From the IMG/VR virus record IMGVR_UViG_3300044731_000124, positions 1 to 26,967 of that record: DNA of 26,967 nucleotides. One strand, given 5' to 3'. The position numbers were made by a program, and so were the translations under genes. Positions 1-7,367 of the stretch are shown here, piece after piece. Each line of letters begins with the position of its first letter. Position 1 is the first letter of the stretch. Source of the stretch: a virus. Taxonomy: Duplodnaviria; Caudoviricetes. The notes beneath the pieces were generated by a model. That model worked only from the letters and a program-made list of their open reading frames with translations, made no database searches and had not been told where the DNA came from.

Positions 1-615
1 ACTTGGGATAAAAACCAATGCGATAAAAAACTTTTAAAAGATTTTGTTAAAATATTAAATCAAGCAGATGAAATAGTGGCGCATAATGGAGATAGATTCG
101 ATATAAAATGGTTGCGTACAAGGTGTTTAAAACATAAGGTTGATATGTTTCCTCAATATCAATCTATAGATACGCTTAAACACGCTAAAAGTCAGTTTAA
201 TTTCAATTCAAACAAGTTAGATTATATTGCTAAATTTCTTGGGGTTGGTGCGAAGCTGAAGCACGAAGGTATGGATATGTGGAAAGCTATCATTTTTAAT
301 AAAGATGCTGATGCTTTAAAGCGAATGGTAGAGTATTGTGATATGGATGTTATTGTACTTGAAAAGGTTTACCACAAATTAGAACCATATACAAAGCAAA
401 AAGTAAACTATGCGGTATTGAGAGGTGGAGAGAAGTTTGAATGCCCTAACTGTGGTAAATTGCCACACTATAAAAGTATGTACACAACTGCGGCAGGAAC
501 TATTCAACACAGAATGCAATGCTCAGATAGAAAGATTTGCAATAAGAAGTTTACTATTAATAACAAAACTTACATTGGTTATTTACAATTTAAACTTCGT
601 AGTAATATAAAATAG
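1..615 (+). CDS. RNase H-like 3'-5' exonuclease (YprB/RNase_H_2-like) with C-terminal Zn ribbon, 5'-truncated
   Basis: Frame is open from base 1 (TWDKNQCDKK...); motifs AHNGDRFD, IDT, YCDMDV; C-terminal CPNCG...C...C. Confidence 0.8.
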   Translation, partial: TWDKNQCDKKLLKDFVKILNQADEIVAHNGDRFDIKWLRTRCLKHKVDMFPQYQSIDTLKHAKSQFNFNSNKLDYIAKFLGVGAKLKHEGMDMWKAIIFNKDADALKRMVEYCDMDVIVLEKVYHKLEPYTKQKVNYAVLRGGEKFECPNCGKLPHYKSMYTTAAGTIQHRMQCSDRKICNKKFTINNKTYIGYLQFKLRSNIK

Positions 616-629
616 CTACCTTAGTAAAA

Positions 630-702
630 CTTTTTTCGTAAAGTCAATCTGTTTTGTTTAGGTAAGAAAGGGAGTTCAGAGATGTTCTCCCTTTGTTTTT
701 TT
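630..702 (+). ncRNA. Candidate ~70 nt small RNA antisense to translation-initiation regions
   Basis: Follows TACCTTAG (617-624, one mismatch to TAnnTTTG) and ends in a terminator; reverse complement of 630-659 is AAACAAAACAGATTGACTTTACGAAAAAAG, resembling the start regions at 2712-2734, 7084-7096, 1175-1185 and 8275-8285. Confidence 0.35.
667..702 (+). terminator. Intrinsic terminator
   Basis: AAAGGGAG (667-674) / CTCCCTTT (687-694) stem followed by GTTTTTTT. Confidence 0.75.
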
Positions 703-776
703 ACATCCTACTTCCCTTTGTTTATAAGGCTTTCAAAAATAAATCAAAAAAAAAAGTAAAAATAATTGTGTAAAAG

Positions 777-807
777 TTTGGTAGTTATAAACAATTGCGT
801 ACATTTG
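777..807 (+). promoter_or_regulatory. Bacteroidota primary-sigma promoter (-33/-7)
   Basis: TTTG (777-780), 19 nt spacer, TACATTTG (800-807); A-rich upstream; precedes the early gene run. Confidence 0.8.
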
Positions 808-844
808 TAAGGTCAATAAGGCGCAAAAATTTAAAAAAAAGGTT

Positions 845-1105
845 ATGAAAACGAGATTACATTTATTGCAAACAAACTTAATTATCAATACTGCTGCGGT
901 TTACACGTCACAAAACGTTCAGTATTATAAATCAATATGCGGGCGGGCGGTAGTTGAAAAATTGAAATTCGATGTTAACGGGGATAATGTTTATATCATT
1001 GCATTGAATAACAATTTAAAATTTAAAAAATCGCTTGTAAAAATGGAAATTTTCGAAACAAAAATTTTTCAAGTGAAATTAACGTTGACGCGATTCAATA
1101 TTTAG
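845..1105 (+). CDS. Hypothetical protein (86 aa)
   Basis: ATG after an A-rich leader directly downstream of the promoter. Confidence 0.6.
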   Translation: MKTRLHLLQTNLIINTAAVYTSQNVQYYKSICGRAVVEKLKFDVNGDNVYIIALNNNLKFKKSLVKMEIFETKIFQVKLTLTRFNI

Positions 1106-1149
1106 TGAAACAAGATTTAGGATTAATAAAGTAATATAAACAATCAGGG

Positions 1150-1168
1150 GTGCGTCTCGGTAACGCAC
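1150..1168 (+). other. Small intergenic hairpin
   Basis: GTGCGT (1150-1155) / ACGCAC (1163-1168); no U tract, so possibly a stability or processing element. Confidence 0.3.
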
Positions 1169-1183
1169 ACTAATACAAAACAG

Positions 1184-1426
1184 ATGAAAAAACAGATTAA
1201 AGAAGCCTTAGAACTTCACGCAAAAGCAAACGAATTGCTTTACTTATGCGAAGGAATGCAGAACCGAATAGATAATATGCTACGGTACAATGCAGAGGTA
1301 GCTATACCTAACAACTTCCACGAGCATTCAGAGAATGTTATTGATACCTGCCAACGTGGATTAGGTAGATTATGGAGAAGCTACCAGATAGTGATTGATA
1401 AACTTAAAAGCCTTGATGAGATATGA
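1184..1426 (+). CDS. Hypothetical protein (80 aa)
   Basis: ACAAAACAGATG start context; stop overlaps next start (ATGA). Confidence 0.75.
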   Translation: MKKQIKEALELHAKANELLYLCEGMQNRIDNMLRYNAEVAIPNNFHEHSENVIDTCQRGLGRLWRSYQIVIDKLKSLDEI

Positions 1427-1560
1427 AAGAAGATTTAACAAAGTACGTTGAGCAATTGGAGATTGAGCGACAAGCAAACACAGATGTTTATTCAGAAGAA
1501 ACACTAAACAGATTAGATAATTTAATTAAAGAGTACCACAAACTAATATTGTCATTATGA
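1423..1560 (+). CDS. Hypothetical protein (45 aa, MKEDLTKYVEQLEIERQ...), not in ORF track
   Basis: ATGA overlaps at both ends; exactly fills the gap. Confidence 0.7.
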   Translation: MKEDLTKYVEQLEIERQANTDVYSEETLNRLDNLIKEYHKLILSL

Positions 1561-1745
1561 AAACACGGAATGTATTTAAGAAAGTAACAGAGGCATTTAA
1601 CCAACACGTAAAGCCTACTACATTAGAAAACGAGTTCATCCCTAACAACGGAGTAAGACACGGAGACTTAAAAAGATATTGGGATAATTACAACGCTCAA
1701 TTAGTTAACAGAATCTCAGAAATAAAAAGCTATGAAACGATTTAA
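1557..1745 (+). CDS. Hypothetical protein (62 aa)
   Basis: ATGA coupling with upstream ORF. Confidence 0.7.
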   Translation: MKTRNVFKKVTEAFNQHVKPTTLENEFIPNNGVRHGDLKRYWDNYNAQLVNRISEIKSYETI

Positions 1746-1875
1746 AATAACATACAAGGTAAAGCTAAAGAGATGGGAGGAACGTTACTTAATTGTAAGT
1801 GCATACACTCAGTCAGATGCTAAAGATAAATTCCAATTATGGAAAGGTTTAATAACAGATATAAACGAGATATGA
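1732..1875 (+). CDS. Hypothetical protein (47 aa, MKRFKITYKVKLKRWEER...), not in ORF track
   Basis: Fills the gap; ends in an ATGA overlap with the next gene. Confidence 0.65.
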   Translation: MKRFKITYKVKLKRWEERYLIVSAYTQSDAKDKFQLWKGLITDINEI

Positions 1876-2090
1876 AACAGACAGCAGTAGAATGGCTTAT
1901 AGATCAGGTCAATACAGCTAAATGGAAATTTGCTGATAAAACAGATAGAGAAGCTATTATTCAACAAGCCAAAGAAATGGAGAAAGAGAATATAAAATTA
2001 GCATTTGCAAGTGGTGTTATTAGCGGTTCTTTAAGAATTGGAGCAGCAGATGCCGAACAATACTACAACGAAACCTTTAAATCAGAGTAA
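1872..2090 (+). CDS. Hypothetical protein (MKQTAVEWL... type small phage protein)
   Basis: Start revised from 1839 to the ATGA-coupled ATG at 1872. Confidence 0.75.
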   Translation: MKQTAVEWLIDQVNTAKWKFADKTDREAIIQQAKEMEKENIKLAFASGVISGSLRIGAADAEQYYNETFKSE

Positions 2091-2091
2091 G

Positions 2092-2256
2092 ATGCCAGAT
2101 ATAGCAATGTGCAAAAATGAAACTTGCAAACTAAAAAAAGAGTGTTACCGATATATGGCAGAACCATCTAAATATTGGCAAACATACGCAGATATAAACC
2201 CTAACGAAAAAGGCGAATGTGATTACTTTATCAAATATATAAAACCAAAAAAATGA
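2092..2256 (+). CDS. Small Cys-rich protein (54 aa, MPDIAMC...C...CYRY...C)
   Basis: ATG 1 nt after the previous stop; four Cys suggest metal binding. Confidence 0.7.
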   Translation: MPDIAMCKNETCKLKKECYRYMAEPSKYWQTYADINPNEKGECDYFIKYIKPKK

Positions 2257-2687
2257 ATTATAACATACAATCAATTACAGACACAAAGAAATCATTTCCT
2301 AAAAATACAAGATTCGTTTTTGAGGATTTTCTAATAGCTTGTCCTTTTTCTCTGGAGTATATGCGCCAAGTATCACGCAAACGAGAAGTAATGCAATGGC
2401 GGCAGTTAGGTATGGTTTGGTTAGCAATAGAAAATATGCACCTGAGCAAAGCAGGAAGATTCTTTGACAAAGACCATAGCACAGTTATTCACGCTTTAAA
2501 AGTAGTTAGACAAGCAAATAACGGATTTGATTATGTGCTAAAAGAAAAGATTGATAAGATAATGAACTGCATAGACTTGAGCGTACCTTATTCAAACGAT
2601 TCAAGCGAGAACGAAAAGAACTCTTTAATTTATTTAGAACGATTGATTAAAAAAAAATTAGCTGCTGAAGGTATGCTATATGTTTAA
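2253..2687 (+). CDS. Stand-alone DnaA C-terminal (domain IV)-like DNA-binding protein
   Basis: SRKREVMQWRQLGM...LSKAGRFFDKDHSTVIHALK matches the DnaA domain IV basic loop and RDHTTV.HA signature. Confidence 0.8.
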   Translation: MNYNIQSITDTKKSFPKNTRFVFEDFLIACPFSLEYMRQVSRKREVMQWRQLGMVWLAIENMHLSKAGRFFDKDHSTVIHALKVVRQANNGFDYVLKEKIDKIMNCIDLSVPYSNDSSENEKNSLIYLERLIKKKLAAEGMLYV

Positions 2688-2693
2688 AAGTAT

Positions 2694-2701
2694 TATATTT
2701 G
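2694..2701 (+). promoter_or_regulatory. Bacteroidota -7 promoter element
   Basis: TATATTTG in the intergenic gap, 23 nt before the ERF start. Confidence 0.65.
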
Positions 2702-2724
2702 TAAACAATTAAAAACAGATAACT

Positions 2725-3267
2725 ATGAAAAAAGAAGAAGTGGTAGACGTTCTACCGAAAAGCGAAACTATCTACACTAAACTATGGAAAGCTAAACAAG
2801 AAATCGGCAAAGTTACTAAAGGAAGTAACAATCCTTTCTTTAAATCAAAATACGCTGATTTAAACGCTATTTTAGAAGCTACTGAACCAATCCTATTAAA
2901 ACACGGTTTAATACTCTTACAACCCATCTTAGACGGCAAGGTATGCACTCAGATAATAGACATTGAAAACGGAGACAAGATAGAAAGCAGTTTAGTTCTT
3001 CCAATGATTACCGACCCACAGAAATTAATTGCTTCGATTACTTACTACCGAAGAGGAAGTTTACAAACGCTTTTAAGTTTACAGGCGGTGGATGACGATG
3101 GAAACACGGCACGAGAAGCAGTAAGTAAGTTATTTTTCCCTCAGGAACGTTTTGAATCTGGACTTGCTAAAGTATCAAACGGAGAATTAACTACTGAACA
3201 ATTTAAGAATGCTTTGAAAGGATATGAATTAACTGAGTTACAAACCAAAGCAATGTTATTGTTATGA
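2725..3267 (+). CDS. erf: ERF-family single-strand annealing protein
   Basis: NPFFKSKYADL, ITYYRRGSL and DDDG motifs. Confidence 0.85.
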   Translation: MKKEEVVDVLPKSETIYTKLWKAKQEIGKVTKGSNNPFFKSKYADLNAILEATEPILLKHGLILLQPILDGKVCTQIIDIENGDKIESSLVLPMITDPQKLIASITYYRRGSLQTLLSLQAVDDDGNTAREAVSKLFFPQERFESGLAKVSNGELTTEQFKNALKGYELTELQTKAMLLL

Positions 3268-3935
3268 AAATTAGATGTAGCGCAATAGGTAAGATAATGA
3301 CTTCTCCCAGAACAAAGGGAGAGGTTCTATCTGAAACTGCAAAGACTTATATTCAAGATTACTTTAAAGAAAAGGAGTTGGGAATAGCTAAAGAGTTTTG
3401 GAGTAGATATACAGATAAAGGTTTACAGATGGAAGATGAGGCGATAGAGTTTGCAGGTCAGTTTTTCGGATGGGAGTTTGTAGTTAAAAACACGGAACGA
3501 TATAATAACGAATGGCTCACGGGAGAACCCGATGTAATTACAAAGGACTTACTTGCTGATATAAAATGCTCTTGGGATGGTTCTACGTTTCCATTATTCG
3601 ATACTGAGTTAAAGAATAAAGATTATTTTTGGCAACTGCAAGGTTATATGTTTCTTACAGGATTAGATAAAGCTGAATTAATTTACTGTTTAATGAACAC
3701 CCCGCACCAAATTGTAGAAGATGAGGTACGCAGAGCGCATTGGAAAGCAGGATTAATAGATGAGGATTTAGACTTGCGTGAAGCGGTACAGAGCCAACAC
3801 ACATTCGACCATATTCCTAACAAGCTACGAATTAAAAGATTCATCGTAGAAAGAGACGAACAATGTATAGAACAGATTAAAGAGAAAGTAGAACTTTGTA
3901 GAAACTACTACGAGCAATTAAAAAGTATAATTTAA
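3264..3935 (+). CDS. YqaJ/lambda-exonuclease-like recombination nuclease
   Basis: KG...EDEA, GEPD, DIKCSW and YFWQLQGYM motifs; adjacent to ERF. Confidence 0.85.
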   Translation: MKIRCSAIGKIMTSPRTKGEVLSETAKTYIQDYFKEKELGIAKEFWSRYTDKGLQMEDEAIEFAGQFFGWEFVVKNTERYNNEWLTGEPDVITKDLLADIKCSWDGSTFPLFDTELKNKDYFWQLQGYMFLTGLDKAELIYCLMNTPHQIVEDEVRRAHWKAGLIDEDLDLREAVQSQHTFDHIPNKLRIKRFIVERDEQCIEQIKEKVELCRNYYEQLKSII

Positions 3936-4153
3936 AAACAAAGTAAAATGAGTAGAAGTAGTCTTAAAATATCAGAACATTATATAAACCACGATACATT
4001 AATTGAATATTATACTTTATCTTTTGAAATAATGGTTCCTGAAGATATTACAAAAGAAGAATGGTATATATTAAATCATAAATTAGAAGATTTATATTAC
4101 GAAATGAAAGAAAGTAAAAATAATAATAATCAAAAACAAAAGTAAAAATGAGT
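3934..4153 (+). repeat. Near-perfect ~20 bp direct repeat flanking ORF 3948-4145
   Basis: AAAAACAAAGTAAAATGAGT (3934-3953) and AAAAACAAAAGTAAAAATGAGT (4132-4153). Confidence 0.7.
3948..4145 (+). CDS. Hypothetical protein (65 aa), probable inserted cassette
   Basis: Very AT-rich ORF between direct repeats. Confidence 0.6.
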   Translation: MSRSSLKISEHYINHDTLIEYYTLSFEIMVPEDITKEEWYILNHKLEDLYYEMKESKNNNNQKQK

Positions 4154-4384
4154 TACGACAACACGAACACGGCAGTTATTTTTAAGAATAACAAGAAAGA
4201 AAACGAGAAGCATCCTGACTATAGAGGAACTATAAACGTAGACGGAAGAGAATTAGAAATTAGTCTATGGATTAAAGATGGGAAAGCAGGTAAGTTTTTC
4301 TCGGGTAAGATTCAAGAACCATTTAAAAAGATGGAGAATACTTCGGACAAGATTAGAAACGAAAATTCTGGATTGCCTTTTTAG
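4148..4384 (+). CDS. Small ssDNA-binding protein (DUF736-like)
   Basis: FKNNKKENEKHPDYRG...ISLW...FFSG; C-terminal LPF; follows ERF-YqaJ. Confidence 0.7.
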   Translation: MSYDNTNTAVIFKNNKKENEKHPDYRGTINVDGRELEISLWIKDGKAGKFFSGKIQEPFKKMENTSDKIRNENSGLPF

Positions 4385-4397
4385 TCCCAATTTTTAT

Positions 4398-4405
4398 TAT
4401 ATTTG
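4398..4405 (+). promoter_or_regulatory. Bacteroidota -7 promoter element
   Basis: TATATTTG with upstream TTG at 4373-4375; opens the replication operon leader. Confidence 0.65.
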
Positions 4406-4411
4406 TGACAT

Positions 4412-4512
4412 AGTTCTCGTTCCACACTATAAGAACTTAAAAAAGTTATTGACCCTGTCAATGAAAGAGAAGTGGAACGCTCTGGATTTGATAGGGTTTT
4501 ATTATTTTATTT
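4412..4512 (+). promoter_or_regulatory. Structured 5' leader / candidate attenuator with loop-loop complementarity
   Basis: Hairpin AGTTCT/AGAACT with loop CGTTCCAC; hairpin GACCCTGTCAA/TTGATAGGGTT with apical loop GTGGAACG; U-rich tail; alternative hairpin at 4446-4464. Confidence 0.55.
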
Positions 4513-4527
4513 TATTTATTTTATTTT

Positions 4528-4713
4528 ATGAAGTACGTTTTGGATTGTGTAAACGAAAGAAGTTTACAAATTGAAATTCATAGTTACGATATTATCAAAA
4601 TAGCAATTGCAGATGAGAATGCAGTTAAGATTGTTTTTATTGATGAGCGTGGATTATACGAGTTAATAGGAGCATTACATCACATACAAAAACAAATCAA
4701 ATCTGAGAAGTGA
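4528..4713 (+). CDS. Hypothetical protein (61 aa)
   Basis: First ORF after the leader; stop overlaps the initiator start. Confidence 0.65.
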   Translation: MKYVLDCVNERSLQIEIHSYDIIKIAIADENAVKIVFIDERGLYELIGALHHIQKQIKSEK

Positions 4714-5351
4714 TGGCTAAAGAATTACCGTACTATAAACACGAACCTTCTGAGTGGTTAGAAGGAGAAATACAAATTTGTTCAGATGAAGCAATTGTAT
4801 GTTTTATTAATCTATGTTCTGGCTATTGGCTTAAACTTGGATGCATTAGTTATGCATTTGCATTGCAAAAGTATTGCAGACGTAATGCAAACATATTACA
4901 AGAGTTAATTGATGCAGGAATGGTAGATAAAAATGAAGAAGAAATATCAATAAAATTCTTAGATAAACAATTAAATGAGTTTAATGATATAAGCGGAAAA
5001 CGTAGTAATGCCGCTAAAAAGAGATGGAGCGATGCAAATGCATTGCAAGTGCAGAGCAAAAGCAATGCTATAAGAGAAGAGAAGAGAAGAGAAAAGAATA
5101 TGTTTATAGCACCTACATTTTTACAAGTTGCTGAATATTGCAATGAAAGAAAGAATAACGTAGATGTAAATAAATTTATAGACTTTTACGATTCAAAAGG
5201 TTGGATGGTAGGTAAGAATAAAATGAAAGATTGGAAAGCCTGTATTCGTACTTGGGAAAAAAGTTCGACAGAACTTACTAAACAACCTTTAAGTATTGAC
5301 CCATTAGTACAACGTGCTAAGAAATTACAAGAGCAATATGGTATTAAGTAA
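4710..5351 (+). CDS. Phage replication initiator / replisome organizer (start GTG 4710 or ATG 4713)
   Basis: N-terminal LPYYKHEPSEWL (DUF1376-like), central linker with DNA repeats, C-terminal FIDFYDSKGWMVGKNKMKDWKA domain; precedes helicase. Confidence 0.75.
   Translation: MMAKELPYYKHEPSEWLEGEIQICSDEAIVCFINLCSGYWLKLGCISYAFALQKYCRRNANILQELIDAGMVDKNEEEISIKFLDKQLNEFNDISGKRSNAAKKRWSDANALQVQSKSNAIREEKRREKNMFIAPTFLQVAEYCNERKNNVDVNKFIDFYDSKGWMVGKNKMKDWKACIRTWEKSSTELTKQPLSIDPLVQRAKKLQEQYGIK
5032..5098. repeat. Candidate replication origin iterons within the initiator gene
   Basis: Three tandem 11-mers ATGCAAATGCA, TTGCAAGTGCA, GAGCAAAAGCA; purine-only tract 5072-5098; inverted 12-mer copy at 4852-4863. 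Confidence 0.5.
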
Positions 5352-6249
5352 CGGAAGCGCAAGAAAATACTTGCACGATTATAAAGAGGGGAAAATTGCA
5401 CAAGGTTTAGGCATTGGATGTAAGTTAGATGAGCATTTAAGATTTAAAGTAGGTCAGTATAATGGAATTCTTGGAGGAGACAATGTCGGAAAAACTTATT
5501 TTATGACTTGGTATATGTTAGCTTTGACTACAAATCATAAATTAAAATGGGGAATATGGATGGATGAGAATTCAAAAGGACAAGTATTAAGAGATTTAAT
5601 GCAAATGTATTCTGGCATACCATTTAAAAACTTGTCGCACGAAGAAATTGATTTGTATAATGATTATTTAGAAGATTATTTTTTCTTTATTGACAATCGT
5701 CAACAATATAAACCAGAAGACTTATTAAAAGAATTTGAATCAATACCTGCAGATGGATATTTTATAGACCCATTTAATCAGTTAGACCACGATATGAATT
5801 ATGAAAGCAACATCAAATTTATACGCAGCTTAAAAAGATGGTGCAAGATTAATAAAAAGACTGCATATCTATCAATGCATCCTGTGACTGCATCTGGAAG
5901 AAAAATAAGTGAATATTCAAAAGGTCACGAATGGGAAGGTCAACCAATGATTCCTAATAAATCAATGGCTGAAGGTGGAAAAATATTTGCTAATATGTGT
6001 GACGATTGGATTAATGTACATAGACTTACTAAATTAGAATCAATGCAATATTTTACACTTATTGATATTGATAAAATAAAGGACAAAGATACAGGCGGTA
6101 CACAAACGATGAGCAATTCTCCGTTAATGTTTTACTATAATCACGGATTAGGATTTACCATTGATGCCGTTAACCCAATAATAAGAGAAGCGCAAGGATT
6201 AAAACCTTTAGAACATAATATGAACTTTGACGATAAACTCCCTTTTTAA
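5338..6249 (+). CDS. DnaB-like (SF4) replicative helicase
   Basis: Walker A GGDNVGKT, Walker B YFIDPFN, HP motif, KIKD; ATG at 5338 preferred over GTG 5314. Confidence 0.8.
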   Translation: MVLSNGSARKYLHDYKEGKIAQGLGIGCKLDEHLRFKVGQYNGILGGDNVGKTYFMTWYMLALTTNHKLKWGIWMDENSKGQVLRDLMQMYSGIPFKNLSHEEIDLYNDYLEDYFFFIDNRQQYKPEDLLKEFESIPADGYFIDPFNQLDHDMNYESNIKFIRSLKRWCKINKKTAYLSMHPVTASGRKISEYSKGHEWEGQPMIPNKSMAEGGKIFANMCDDWINVHRLTKLESMQYFTLIDIDKIKDKDTGGTQTMSNSPLMFYYNHGLGFTIDAVNPIIREAQGLKPLEHNMNFDDKLPF

Positions 6250-6250
6250 T

Positions 6251-7084
6251 ATGAAGACAGTAAACAGTTTAAGTGGTGGTAAAACATCGAGTTACATAGC
6301 AGCCAATTATCCTGCTGATTACAATGTATTTGCTTTAGTAAGAACGAACGATAAAAAATGTTTATTCCCTGACGCGAAAATTAGACAAATTGTAAGCGAC
6401 AAAATAGGACACGATTTTATAGGAACTTTAGAAGAAGATACTATTATCTACACAATACTTGATTTAGAACAATTTATAGGCAAAGAAATAGTATGGTTAA
6501 GTGATACCACTTTTGAAGATGTAATTAACAAAGCAGGTGGGTACTTACCAAATATAATGACCCGTTTTTGTACATCTAAAATGAAAGTAGAACCTATTGC
6601 TCAATGGTGCTATGAAAATATTGAACTTCCTTTAGAAATGAGAATTGGATTTAGAGCAAATGAAATGAGCCGTGCAAAAACTATGATTGAAAGAGCGGTA
6701 GAAGGAATAGAAAGTTTTAAGTTTAAGGTAGGAGAAAAAAACGGAAGGAATAAATGGAAAGAACTTCCATATAGAAAAGTAGAATTTCCTTTAATTAAGG
6801 ATGCTATTTTTAAAGATAAAATAGAAAAGTATTGGGAAGATAAACCTGTAAGATTTGCTTATCGAAACAATTGCGTAGGATGTTTTCATAGGAACGAATT
6901 GATGTTAAAGTATATGAGTGAGAAGGCAAGTAAACAATTTGATTGGTTTATTGAGCAAGAACAAAAAAACAACTGTACTTTTAAAAGTGGAATAACTTAC
7001 GAAAAAATTAAAAATCACAGATTGCAATTAGACTTATTTGATCAAGACTTTCAAGATTGCGATTCTGGATATTGTGGACTTTAA
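6251..7084 (+). CDS. PAPS-reductase-like / PP-loop adenine nucleotide alpha-hydrolase family protein
   Basis: SLSGGKTS PP-loop, RFCTSKMK, IGFRANE, NCVGCF, CDSGYCG; ATG 1 nt after the helicase stop. Confidence 0.8.
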   Translation: MKTVNSLSGGKTSSYIAANYPADYNVFALVRTNDKKCLFPDAKIRQIVSDKIGHDFIGTLEEDTIIYTILDLEQFIGKEIVWLSDTTFEDVINKAGGYLPNIMTRFCTSKMKVEPIAQWCYENIELPLEMRIGFRANEMSRAKTMIERAVEGIESFKFKVGEKNGRNKWKELPYRKVEFPLIKDAIFKDKIEKYWEDKPVRFAYRNNCVGCFHRNELMLKYMSEKASKQFDWFIEQEQKNNCTFKSGITYEKIKNHRLQLDLFDQDFQDCDSGYCGL

Positions 7085-7094
7085 AACAAAACAG

Positions 7095-7367
7095 ATGAAT
7101 TTATTTGATGTAATACACGCTAAGACTTCCTTAAATGCGATTATAGGAAGCATCCGACTTTCTCTACACGATTTACGAGAGAAACACGAACACAGAAAAG
7201 ATTTAATAGAAACCTTAGAGAAATACGAAATATGGATGAGTGAGACCAGAGATACTTTAAGTGCTATGGAAGATGAGAACAAGCAGTTAATTAAAAGACT
7301 TGCTCAATATCATACAGAGTATTTAAAATTAAAGCGAGAAAATAATGAATTAAACGAGTTGTTATGA
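7095..7367 (+). CDS. Hypothetical coiled-coil protein (90 aa)
   Basis: AAACAAAACAGATG start; ATGA overlap downstream. Confidence 0.75.
   Translation: MNLFDVIHAKTSLNAIIGSIRLSLHDLREKHEHRKDLIETLEKYEIWMSETRDTLSAMEDENKQLIKRLAQYHTEYLKLKRENNELNELL

Noticed and set aside
425-610. Alternate-frame + strand ORFs nested in genes (also 16481-16732)
   Set aside because: No slippery site, start context or motif to support them
2649-2657. A9 run in the DnaA-like gene as a slippage site
   Set aside because: Near the C-terminus, encodes KKK, and has no useful alternative frame
4443-4449. AAGTTAT as another late promoter
   Set aside because: The -35 position reads CAC rather than AAC, and the site lies within the structured leader
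4278-4574. 98 aa + strand ORF spanning the SSB end and the leader
   Set aside because: Overlaps two better genes and crosses a promoter and structured leader; a short leader peptide from ATG 4461 cannot be fully excluded
6251-7084. Calling the PP-loop enzyme cysH or dndC
   Set aside because: Only the shared fold motif is visible and no pathway partners are present in the window
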